This document shows, piece after piece, positions 52,569-64,000 of a stretch of DNA of 64,000 nt. The stretch covers positions 634,128 to 698,127 of the forward strand of contig BDGG01000001.1 in the NCBI GenBank assembly GCA_001949185.1, read 5' to 3'. The translations under genes were made by a program, and so were the position numbers. Every line of letters begins with the position of its first letter. The first letter of the stretch is position 1. The notes beneath the pieces were generated by a model. That model saw only the letters and a program-made list of their open reading frames with translations. It had not been told where the DNA came from and did not search any database. The stretch comes from Ramazzottius varieornatus (taxonomy: Eukaryota; Animalia; Tardigrada).

Positions 52569-53138
52569 GTGTTCTACTGTAACCCTCTGGTGCTGGCATT
52601 CAACAACATCAAAATTTATGAATGCGATCTGACGCCCTGTTTCACCTTTGATTATGCTCTGTTGTGGAACCACACTGTGCCGCAGTTGCGTGGTCATCAC
52701 CGGATCTGGATAGTGTCTGTGGAATGGCCCGAGTTGAAAAGGGCAAGGAATCCAGGGAGGATTATTTACAACCTGCCCTCAACTAGCGAATTCTTCGATG
52801 CTAAGATGTGTACCGAGCTGATGGCTACTGTTGAGTCTCGGAACCAACTGACAAAGGAGCCAGCTCTTCATCTTCGGGCTTTGAATGGCTCGGGTGTTTT
52901 ACACAATGGCTTGGGAACACACTGCGATACTCTGCTCGAATCCGATAATAATTTTGGATTTCGCCTAACCTTGGAGCATTCAGTCGACTCTTCTACCATC
53001 TGCGCCCTTCGTGGTCCCACACATCTCATCAAATTCCCTCCTGAAGGTAATGTGTCTTACTCGGCATATAACCGTAACCAGTCACATTTACCCACAGGAG
53101 ATACTCAGCATACCCGCAAAATGGAAATTCAAACGTAG
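52569..53138 (+). other. 189-codon open frame of unknown origin, preceded by in-frame stops (probably a decayed gene or TE remnant)
   Basis: Long stop-free frame without a clear ATG or recognisable domain. Confidence 0.25.
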
Positions 53139-53185
53139 AAAAGTGTCCAAAAGTGCATTACTATGAATCGGTCGTGTACGAAAAC

Positions 53186-53233
53186 GCCTGGTCACGTAAT
53201 TGTTACTGGCCCCATAATTTCCCGTCGTACGTG
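53186..53233. mobile_element. Solo right end of the MITE family at 59631-60077
   Basis: gcctggtcacgtaattgttactggcccc...cccgtcgtacgtg|ta resembles gcctggtccgtaatttttactggccc...cccgtcgttcgtg|ta. Confidence 0.65.
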
Positions 53234-53408
53234 TACAGTTTACGAGTGTGATGACGCATGCAGCATACGCTTACTGTGACGGCTTTTATTTATGAAGCAT
53301 GACGGTACATTTTCTTTCGAAAAAACGAAGAAATTAAAATGATTTTCCTTTTAAGAAAAAGAGAAAAATAACTTGTGATAGTTTAAAGTACGGTGCTGTA
53401 ATTTCAGC

Positions 53409-54125
53409 TGTACCGTCCATATCCGAAGAAGACCTGACCGACAAGGTGGTCAAAGCCGGCTCAGCCATTCGTTTCGATGTTCGCTTCAACAGCGGGTCAC
53501 TTTCGGAAGTCATTTGGTCTGTAAGCTGCGCAGTTCTTCGGAACGATAGTCGCACAACGATCCAACCCAGTGACAGTTTGACCAAGAAGGCGGTGATGAC
53601 GATCTACCCCGCACAGCGTGCTGATACCGGCAAATACAAGCTGACCATCCGCCATGTCGACACTTTCATCGACGAAGTTACAAACGTAAGATATATCCTT
53701 TACCTTATCAACGGTCACGCCAAACGATGACCTAAACCTAGGCTTAACGTTCTGGCACGGTCGACTACGGCCGAATAGAAAGAGCCTAAAGCACCATTCT
53801 TGCTCGGAGGTTACATCTGGAGTCGAAGTCTACGTTACGAGCGTGCCCGCACGACCTCAAGGTCTCCTCACAGTGTCCCACATGAGTTCAACTACCGCCA
53901 GGTTGAAGTTTAAGAAGCCGCTCGATGATGGTGGACAAGACATCAGCCACTACGAGTTTGAGAAACAGGAAGCTGGTACTGGTAACTGGGTGCCTTGTGG
54001 ACGAACCAAGGACGCCAACGAGACCGAAGGCAAGGTTGAAGGGTTGACACCGGGCAAGAAACACTTGTTCCGAGTCAGGGCTGTCAATGGGGAAGGTGTC
54101 GGTGAACCTCTGGAATCGAGTACAG
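53409..54125 (+). pseudogene. Orphan twitchin/titin-type Ig + Fn3 module (probable degenerate partial duplicate)
   Basis: Ig: VKAGSAIRFDV...RADTGKYKLTI. Fn3: PARPQGLLTVS...KKPLDDGGQDISHYEFEKQE...WVPC...VEGLTPGKKHLFRVRAVNGEGVGEPLES. The usual GEPxP motif is degenerate (NSGSLSE) and the Ig-Fn3 junction is interrupted. Confidence 0.7.
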
Positions 54126-57100
54126 TATGCTTCTGCTAATTTATTTTTTTTACGGTGTGAAAAATAAATTCCTATGATTTAAATATTGCGCTCAACTTGG
54201 AAGCATCATGGCTTAGATATTGGACGATAGAAAACGATTTCAATTTAGCAACCCTGCAGGGCCTGACCACAGCGAAAGTCCAGACCAAGTCGAACTTTTA
54301 ACGGCCAACCCGGAAGTCTCACCGGTGTCTTCCAAGTCGATCGCATGCTTTATCACCTGCTGCAGCTTTGGTCCACTTGTAATTACGACCTGGATGCTAA
54401 AGTTACTTTCCGATTCTCCAGATATCCACGTTTGATTTTGAGTAAGTTACGTCCTACATCGAATTTACGGCAGTGTGTTTTGGTCAGTTTCTCAGAGGAC
54501 GGGAAAATGTGGTGGCCAGTTAACATGTAAATATTGCACAGAGTGAAAGAACGATACCGACATCGTAAAATTACAACAAGTAGAGTGAGTAGTGATTCTC
54601 ATTCATTTACAGCTTCAGCCTTCTTGTAAACTTTATCCGTCACTGTCGCCCGACATAAAGTACGTGCCTTTACGATAACAATGAAGTCCGGCGAGGCATA
54701 ATTATGACGAGCTTGCAAGTACAGCACTAAGTTTTCCTCATCTTTGGTCCTACCGAAAGTACATAGTATGAATGAAATGTTAAGATCCTTCACACGATTA
54801 GAAAATTGCGAGGCTGAAGCCAAGTCCGCGTATGCTCCCATTTCACATAGGTTATCGCAAACTGAATACTGGATCTTCAGCGGACGTCAGTTTAGTGTAC
54901 GAAAACAACCCAGCTGGTGTAGTGGCATTGTTTCGAAAGACTTCCTTGTCATTAAAAGTTGTTCCACATTGAGGGTTTTCCATACTTGAACCCGACATCC
55001 TGCCCCTGTTTTTTACGTTCGCTGCTTTGCGTTCACGTCCAGGCCTCTATCATGGGCGTCTTTGTTCAGCATGATCGGATGGAAGGTAGTCGATACCTTC
55101 CCTAGCAAGCAGGGGCTCCCTGAGTGCCGAAAAATGAACACGAAACTTTCAAAGGTGGCTGTCGCCAGCTTTGGAGAAGTGGCTGGTCTACCGTGGCTTC
55201 TGAATGCGTTGAGCCTCCTGCCACGTGATCAGAAAGCTCAAAGTGTGCTCTAAGCAGTACTGTTTGAATCGTCAAGATCGCACGACGGAATCATGAGGTA
55301 CAAGGAAGCAACGGAAGACGGGGGGTGACGCTGACCCACGACCGTGACTGTGGGAAAGGGAGGGACAAGCAGGCTGCCTCCTAAAATGTTTCTTCACTGC
55401 GTGACCATCGACCTATTTCTGAAGAAAAATTCTGCATCCTGGTGTTGAGATGAAGTAGACCTAGCAAGCGGGAATAGACTGCTATGCTCGTCCGCCACCA
55501 CTGACCCTGGAGCTTCCAGAACTGGTTTTGTACTGTATCAGGCGCACCGACTCGACGAGGAACTGTACGGAACTCGAGTGAAGAGCTATGATGTGGTCTC
55601 AATCCAGTAGCTTTTGATCCATGGATTTCGTCCTCCCCACGATGTCAACATCGCGCGCCTCCTTGACTACACCGAGTTGCACCTCCAGCTCATTGGTAGC
55701 TCCGGCCAAACAGCTCTTACGAGGGGACCTTCAGACCCTGTCACACGCCGACCGTGATATTGGTACTTTTATGTGATAGCTATGACTCTTAGCTTCCTCC
55801 GAACTATCAGGAAGAAATGTCCCGACCCCTTCCTAGAGCTATAGAAAAGCATCTATCATAAGCCGATATCCTCGGTTTTTTGTCACAGATTCAATGAAGG
55901 CGACAACATGGTGCACAATCTGTCTACGAAGGGCGAGATGATAGCTTTCGTAAAGGTGGCTCATGCGCTGGTACCCTACATTCTGTAGGAATATCTCCAC
56001 CATTGGATTTTGAACCCTCGTCATTTCGAATTTTCGAATTTTCGGTATCACGCAAATTTTGCATCACTTTTGTGTCTGATATAATCGATTCATTTATGCA
56101 CCATGTATGATTTTCGGATGCTTTTTCCGAGATGATTTCTTGATAATATGCACTTCAATATACAGTATCTAGGGAGCCGCAAAATGGCGAACTCCCGCAT
56201 GTGCCGTTTCGTCTCGTCGTTTTGGAAAGTGCAAATGCATGTACAGCTCTTTTCTTGCCAACCATTTGATTTCCTGGGTCGAGGCATGCTGTAATTGAGG
56301 GTGAAATTAAAGCACAGCCACTGACTGTCTAGGTTGATAAAAGGTCACACAGTGTGTAATATAATGCCTCACCGTCAGCACTTTGTCCGAGTAGGGGAAA
56401 TGAGTATGGATCGACGCACAGTCCATGACGCGTTTGAACTTGGCCACCGTTCTGCGACAAAGAGATCAAATGCCAACGGATCAGAACTTTGACAGGTTTC
56501 AGCCAGACAGAATGAAAGACTTCTTACGTCGCTTTCAATGTAAGCGCCATCTGTCGTTCGACAAAGTAACACAATGGGCACAGGTACAAGTGCCGACCTG
56601 GGACGGTGTAGTAGGAAGGCAGACACCATACTTCCGATTTGCACGTATGACACTACGAAGAAGACTGGCATAGTGAAAGGTTACAGTTGGAATGGTTTCA
56701 TGAATATATCGGCCGTGAAGTTTACCCTTTCATTCCTTCGATGGGAACAATGAACATGGAAAGGTAGCGGTATGCTGGCACCATGTCCGAGTTTGTGTTG
56801 AGCTTCGATCCTTCGACCAATCTTTACTTTTGTCACGTCGTAAAACCCAGGACTGGAATACACACCATAACGCACTGCGGTTCAGTGGGACTGTAATAGC
56901 TGAAAGACATTAATATTTTGCGTACTCCGGAATGACGTCGGCGCTTTCTTTAGCGCCCTCTCCAGCATCGGGGAAGCGTTCTCCGGTTACACCGAAGGGA
57001 CTTCGTTTGGGCATGGCTTTCACCAACTCGTACAACAGCAGTTGCGGACCGACCGACGTTGGCGCTCGTCGTCGAAAGCCCGTCTTAATCCAGCGAGGCT

Positions 57101-57521
57101 TACGATGAGCCAGACTCTGGTAACCCTTCCTGGGTCCAGGTATCTTCTTCCTTGCATCCATGAAGCCAAGATCCTGCAAGATGTGACCAAGCCGTTCCAA
57201 AAGTAATGTCCGAAGACTGTGCAGTCAAACATACATCGGGCCCAAGTAGAAATTCCGGGTGGCGGCTGGTTCCCCGATGCGGTGGATACTGCATACCAAA
57301 GCGCGAGGTATTGGGTCCGTACTGCTTCAGCTTCATGCGTTCTTTAAAGGCGGGACCTTGTTGACCGAATGTCGGCATTTGCCTTGGGTATATCAGGTTA
57401 TGCCGCTCTGCCAATTACAAAGTCGGTAATAGAAAGACAAGAAACGCCATCCTTCCAGCAGAAAATTGTGATGCTTACTGACTATCGAGATGAGGAGGAA
57501 TCTCCTGTCGAGCCATTGCTT

Positions 57522-58030
57522 TCAGCTTCTAGATAGGCATGTACGCAAAGTTTTAGTGGCAATGGACGATGATTTTGGCTGGAGATGTCCCACCTGTTGC
57601 GTGTCAGCTGTCTTCCGAGCTTCTTCCATCGGTGTCAACAAGTCGCTTTTACTGACCTTGCCAGCTGGTGCCAGTAGTTGGCTGACACGATCATAGCAGT
57701 ATTCTTCCAGCCGTTCACGAATACCGTTCAGGCGGACATCAATATTGGACTTTCGTCTGGTCAAGCCAGGCGACACCATACTGGCAATGTACGGGGCTCA
57801 GCGATGCATTACAATAGTTGCGCAGAGATGATCTTGACGGAGCAATACAAGTCGTCAGCTCAAGCAGAAGGGGAAAAAATACTCCAGTCCTCCACTGCGA
57901 CATTTGTTGCTGGGAGAAACGGACAAACACTTTGAGCATCACTGTTAAGCAAAAGATGAATTGGATACCTCTTCTGTGGATCGTGTTGCGCGTAGGCGGC
58001 ATTGATGCCAAGCTTTGTTACAAGTTAGCG
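57522..58030 (-). mobile_element. Possible decayed MULE (Mutator-like) transposase C-terminal remnant
   Basis: KLGINAAY...FLPATNV and RRKSNIDVRLNGIRERLEEYCYDRVSQLL loosely fit animal MULE C-terminal patterns. Frameshifted, and no TIRs were found. Confidence 0.35.
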
Positions 58031-58965
58031 CAGACATCCTAAAGTCGAGGCGCTGAGGCGGAGGACCTTAGGCGGCGTCTTGTGTGTTCTAAATATATCA
58101 ACAAGCCTGCTTCTAAATAAAACACGGAAGATGGAGTGCTTTTTGCCTCTGCAGACGTGATAAGAGCATCGAGTAATGGAGTAGTTAGTCAGGCATCAAC
58201 CGAATAGCTGCCTTCTTCATTGAGTAATTTTGTCAAAGATAATGCGTAGAATGCTTCGCTTTATACTTTAGTGATTCGTAGTCTGTACGGTAAGAAGTTC
58301 TTGATTTGAAGCTATCACATTGTCGCGACAGTATATTTGGCTGTTGGAATGTTTGTTGAGTGAGATGTTCATCAAACTGTCCAAACCAAGTGGAAACAGC
58401 CCGTATTTTTGCAGCTGTTGATTGACGTGCACAGAAATGCCGATGAAGTCTTGAGTGTCACGTGCCTTTGGTAGGTGAGAAATGTCACTGCAAAAACTCG
58501 GGCTCGTTAATCTTTCTCCTGGTCCGCAAAAACTTTATCCTACTGCAATGAAGACAGCGCTTCCCTGTCCGTGAGAACTTGACTTAATGCGCCAATCAAA
58601 TGATAGACTTTACTTCGTGATAACGGGAGGGAAGCATTTTCTTCATTGCATGTCACAACTCAGCCCATCAGCCTTCTCAAGGACTGAGGGGGTGATCGTA
58701 GACTGCATGACACAAGAAAAAACTGGCTGGTAGTTCAGGCAGAATGGTTGGCCCAGCTAACTGCATAAAAACCTGGATGGCGGTGTGAAAAGGTTGGCTA
58801 CGGGCTTAATGGTAAAAAGCCGGAGGAAAAAACCAGATTACAGTAGAAGAGTGATAGTACGTGGCGCTTGATGGGTGGCTGGTATTCTTGTTGGAAAACT
58901 GACCAAGACACTGAACACATGTGTCCATGGTTTTTCAGATTGTGAATTCGACCAGGAGAGTTTTT

Positions 58966-61900
58966 ATGGCCAACCGCCGTGAAATGTTCGCACCGGCCTT
59001 CGTCTTCACTCCTCGACTTCACCAGGAAGGTGCGAGGGTGACGGTGGAATGCCAAGTGCGCGCAAATCCCACGCCGGTGGCCCGTTGGTATCTCAACGAT
59101 GTCGACTTGGCCCAATCGCCACATACCGCATACCTGACATGCCATCCACTTGACGACAACTGCTTCCTACTGCGCATGCTCATCGATCATGTCTCCAAAG
59201 AAAAGTCGGGATTGTATCGCGTTACCGCCCGTAACACCGTCGGCGAAGTGACGGCTTGTATCAACCTCGACTTCAAAAGTACGCTCTCCAAGTCCACATA
59301 GGGTTACATTGGGCTGACTGAAATCTTTTGCAGCGCCACCTTCATTGCCTCTCTCCACTCGAAGGTAATACGAATAGTCTTGGGTAGAAATACCACTTCC
59401 GGGTTCTTGGCAATGACGCGCGTACGTTGCGTATATAACCTTTCGACACATGCAGCCTATCAAAAATGGCTACAGCTGTGTCCACTAACCTTTCCACACT
59501 TGCCCCTCCCTCGCCATAACCATTAGCTCATGTGAAGTCCGCGTCATACTGTAAGTCATAGAACCCTGGTAGGATTGCAGCGAAGACCACGCCTCAAAGC
59601 GCAACAGGCAACAGTTATCATTATCAAGTACACGAACGACGGGATATTATGGGCCAGTAAAAATTACGGACCAGGCGGAAAAGACGGCAAATTTTCAGTT
59701 TGAATGGAAGTCAGAAACAGAAATCGGACAAATGACGTAACGTTCTAAAATTCAAACGTATAAAATTGTCCTGGACAGTGGTCATCAGCTGATCAGCCGT
59801 TTTACCTAACGCTTCAACGCTGCTGTCGACTCTTTCCCGGAGAAGCCTTGGACTAGCTTGAACGGTTGAAGGTGTGCGTTTTCCGGTAAAATGGAGATCC
59901 AACTGCAATAATAAATATGACAAGCTTTAGCTCTTCGGCCCAATATCCAGCACGTAAGTACAGCAGTCCAACCTTCGATGTTGGTTTTACTTTTAGCAAG
60001 AATCACCTGCCCGTGCCGCCGTAGCGAAAGGGCCTGGTCCGTAATTTTTACTGGCCCTTAACATCCCGTCGTTCGTGTATTGCTGTCGACACAAGATTCT
60101 AAACTTAGATCTTGAATTCTTGATGGGAAACAGAGCTGTGACGTTGCGCTACACAAATTACTCAGCCAAACCTAAGCCAGACTTGCGTGCAGAGTTCGTA
60201 CTACATTGATCGAGTCCTTGTCAGACGGGGAAGTTAAATATACCCCCGTCCATGGCTGTATGCTTTATATGGCTATTGCCCACAGCATGACGCCACAACC
60301 TGACTCACGTTCCTTCTCATTCCACTTCTGATAAACAGAGAGGCCCAATGTGTGAAGTTAACGATCAGTGACGGATGGTGGCTGCGGCTTTGTGGCGACG
60401 TTGTGATAAGCCTGTTAAATGAGTCGTCTCAAAGCTTATTCTCCCATCTAGCCTTACCATCATCTTCTTCTTCTGCTTCCGTAGTACTGTACGAACCCAC
60501 TGTGCCAGGTCTCTACCTATGGTGCGCAATTTATATGATGGACGGCGCATTCTGTGATCTATCTGTCAACATCAATGATCGCTTAGACTGACGCAGCTTT
60601 GTTGACAGACAAGCTCATTTATTGGGATAAGCACACGCCCTTCGTTTCGTGGTGATTTCTGACGTAGATGATTTACTAACTTCATTATTAGCTCCGCTGT
60701 ACTGTACGGTCGATGGGGTATCTGTCGAGTTGATTTCCGCAACAAGTTTCCGACCTCAGCAACTACCTACGCGAATCTCCAGTTGAAAATGCCGCCAAAA
60801 GTGTAAGAAACCAAAGCATGAATATAAGCACCATACCCCCACATACGGTATGTTGCATCTTCTTCCAGCTACCCGGGGGAAAAAATCACGAGAAAACGGG
60901 TATAGTCCCTGAGACCCCACACACCCCATCCTCCCAAATAAACCCATAAATACATTCCAGGGACACTGCACTTAGCGAAAGCTACGTTGTACCACATGCA
61001 AATGATGCATGGCACTGGCTTCAGAAAACAGAAAACCGAAACTGTGGCCCCCACGGTTACTGTCTGTTAATGACGGAATCCTATACAGTAATATGCGTAA
61101 GCGATGAGTCGATGACAAAGAAATGCGAAAGAACGTGCACTTGGGTATCTGCACCATAAATATGCTTTGTATATGAGAATTACGGGTTATTAGCTTTACA
61201 TTTTTTCATACCCGTGCTTGCAAATTCTAAATTCAGCTTCACGTCTTGAAATCCCAATCTACCTTTTGCGTTCATAACGCCTCTTGTCGGAACGAGGCGT
61301 TTTCTCTCTCTAAGTGTCTTTTTGGACACTGTAGTAGCTTGACAATCTTTCGGGTATATTGTCATTACGACCCCTTGAACCATATTTCTCTTTGGCAGGG
61401 ATGTGGATGGCATCACGCCGACCTTTGCTCAAAAGCCTATTATCCAGCAGGAAGATGACGGTCGTCGATTAATGTTCGAGTGCCGCGTTCTGGCTGATCC
61501 GCTGCCCACGGTGACCTGGTACCACAACGAGGAGGAAGTGCACGAAGGAGGTCGTTACACCATCATCGTTGACAAAGACGGCAATTCTTACTCAATCTGT
61601 CTAGAAATTGATGATGTCAGCGTCGAGGATGCCGGCAAGTATCGCGTTACGGCAAAGAACACACTGGGCGAAGCCAGCGCCAATATCGCCTTGAATTTCG
61701 ACAGTAAGGACAAACTTCCTTTTCTATAACGGTTCATTCGGTTCGTCCGACAGAAGCCGCGCGCAAGTTATTTCTGTCGTGATTAGCTGCTCGCACCATT
61801 GACAGATTGTGGGAGACTGTAATTAATTTGCGCTAGCTGTGTGCAGCAGCTGAACTGCAACGTTTTGCGCAATAGAGAGAAAATAGCCACGGCGTTACGT

Positions 61901-63793
61901 AGACGCGCTCAACCGTAGAAGAAAAGGCATCAACGTTAGTTAAGCACAGCTTTTGCAAGAGAAGAAGGCTGCGTTGTGGGGGAAGAGCAACAAGCCGAGG
62001 AAGCCGATACAGTTGCTCTTCTCTGTGCAACCTCGGCTAGTCTTTCACGATTAGAAGCCAGCTCTTCCTTCAACAGCCTAGTACTTTCCTTTAAAGAAGA
62101 CCGCAGCAGTCAGTTCCCAGCTCCAGCAAGAACGAAGAAGGCTCAGAAAGTATCGTTCAACCCTTGACTTAGTTTACATTGGGATCCGTATCTCTTTTTA
62201 TGCAACCGACTGACTTTTCTCGTTGCTCCACCCTTGATTCGTTTGATCACTCCAACGTGGTCATTGTCAGAATATTTTCTGGACTATGATATAAACCGGT
62301 GTATCTGGCAAGGCTACCAGCATGTCGGCCAGAGGTATGTTTCGTGGTATTGGTCAGTTTCCTCTCTAAATATTTGGTGCCAACCTTGTTTTGAGCAGTA
62401 ATTTTTGAACATATGAAAAATTCCAGATGTTCTATGTCCCTTGACGACTTCCATTTTCACGACAAGTTTGGTAAAAGTAGGGCGTGACCAATACGAAGGT
62501 TCAGGACGTCCAAATATTATCAGAGTTTCGTCGACCTAGTTTGAACGAATGCTGAATTTCCCCTTCTGACTTCGAACATTTTCTACAGTTCACTTGACAC
62601 CATTGTGCTTGCAGGTAGCGCAGCTCCAGACGCAGGACGACCTGTCTTCACACAGAAGCCCGTCATTCGACAATCGGAGGATTTCAGCAAGATCCTCTTT
62701 GAATGCAAAGTGAAGGGCGATCCCAAACCAACACTGACATGGTATCAAGGCAGCAAGGCACTGACAGCTGGTGCCAAGTACGCCATGATTATGAGCAACA
62801 TGCCCTCCAGCGACGGGACCTTCGATGCTCGACTGGAGATCGCCAACGCCGAAGCCGGCGATGGGGGCGAGTACAAAGTGGTGGCCAGTAACTCGGCAGG
62901 TGAAGGCCAGGCTACCATCAACCTGTCCTTCGCCAATGCAGATGAAGAAGCCGAAACTGGACCGTAAGTGTCTGCTAATGAATTGACTGAGAAACCAACC
63001 CACGAGAAACTTTCTTCACTGAAAACCAAAACAAGAAACTTTCCAATAGAACCTCTGGCAGAATAGCATTTTATACGTTCATTGTTTTGATGTGAGGTGA
63101 AGTTGTGAAACAGTAGACATCCTTCTTGATTTGCAGGTGGGCTGCAGCATACCAGGTTTTTCACGTTCAAATAGCAGCATTAGAATCGTCGATCAGAACT
63201 CTGAAATGAAATCAGATAATTATAACCCATTGTTACGGTTAGACAACCGAACTCCCACTCTTGCTTTCCGTGTTGGTGATATATATGCCACGGTGGTACT
63301 TGCAACACTGTCCTATTTGAGACATGGTTGGCGTACCCTGGTACAGTGAAATGTGTGAGGTGAAGAAAGTGCTAGCTTTCTCGTGCTCAAAATTGACTAG
63401 CAGTTTTGGACACATTAGTGCAGTTGCAGTGAGAAAGCGCATATACACTAAAGCAAGCAACTTTGATCACGGGAAGACTAGCACTTTTTACACTGTATAA
63501 CTGTAGCAATCTGCAGGATCTGTTACTGTTAGTGTGTGTGTACAAGCTGCGCTCGATCATGGATTGACGATGCCGTGTGGGTTATTTATAGGTCGGGAGT
63601 TCCTCGCTTCACAAGCAAACCAGCCATCCGCCAAGAAGGCACTTCGCTGTTTATGGAATGCAACTTGTCCGGAGACCCCAAGCCAGACATTAAATGGTTC
63701 CAGGGCGACTCGTCAGTGTTGGCTTCGGCTAGACACAAAATGACACTGAAATCAACCGGAGACAACACTTATCAAGCAATACTCACAATTCTT
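58966..63793 (+). CDS. unc-22: Twitchin/projectin (unc-22/bent-like) giant muscle protein, N-terminal Ig exons; continues beyond the window
   Basis: Four successive I-set Ig domains in projectin N-terminal order: FAPAFVFTPRLHQEG (58939-59278), a linker microexon (59334-59364), ITPTFAQKPIIQQEDDGRRLMFECRVLADP (61399-61704), RPVFTQKPVIRQSED (62615-62964) and VPRFTSKPAIRQEG (63592-63793). Phases are consistent. Confidence 0.88.
59631..60077. mobile_element. TA-flanked MITE (Tc1/mariner-type), 447 bp, in a twitchin intron
   Basis: 46-bp TIRs CACGAACGACGGGAT(A/G)TTA(T/A)GGGCCAGTAAAAATTACGGACCAGGC with 2 mismatches, and TA on both sides. Confidence 0.9.
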
Positions 63794-64000
63794 GTAAGCC
63801 ATTTAGCAGAAAACAGAAACAGGATAGTAAAAATTGATGCAAGACGGCAAAACATTGTATTTAGTATTTAGAACTAACTATTGTAATCTCGTTCTGGGGA
63901 CATACGCAGTAGGAATACTTGCAGAAATTGCTGCCATGATCGTCGTCTCTATTTTTCTACGCTTAAACTTGATTTTCTGCTTCAAAAAGACTCAGATGAC

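Noticed and set aside
56375-57420. Cluster of short ORFs with coding-like composition
   Set aside because: No recognisable domain and no coherent splice model.
59278-61399. Apparent phase mismatch suggesting mutually exclusive first Ig exons of twitchin
   Set aside because: Resolved by a 31-nt phase 1-to-2 microexon at 59334-59364.

Overview
Intron-rich animal genomic DNA, not prokaryotic. The compact GT-AG introns and protostome-type gene set would fit a tardigrade-like invertebrate, but that is inference only. Most ORF-track entries are exon fragments or noise. Spliced genes reconstructed by hand: an atypical MDR/alcohol-dehydrogenase-like gene (-, 1221-4215), vinculin (+, 7386-16979), an F-BAR + tandem-SH3 Stac-like gene (+, ~19797-29462), two tandem sphingomyelin-synthase-family genes (-, 29988-32184 and 35221-37214), VCP/p97 (-, 39569-44049), an unknown secreted Cys-rich protein whose N-terminal domain resembles Cry-toxin domain I (-, 45228-47538), and the 5' end of twitchin/projectin (+, 58966 to past the window end). 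Mobile DNA: a hAT-type MITE, a piggyBac derivative, three TA-flanked MITEs, a LINE RT fragment and a possible MULE remnant. The 48-58 kb interval is a jumble of decayed gene fragments. The most striking unexplained signal is a dispersed, mostly intronic family of inverted motif pairs, AAGTGGCGCA-N27-TGCGCCACTT. Its spacing is almost invariant while the spacer sequences have diverged.
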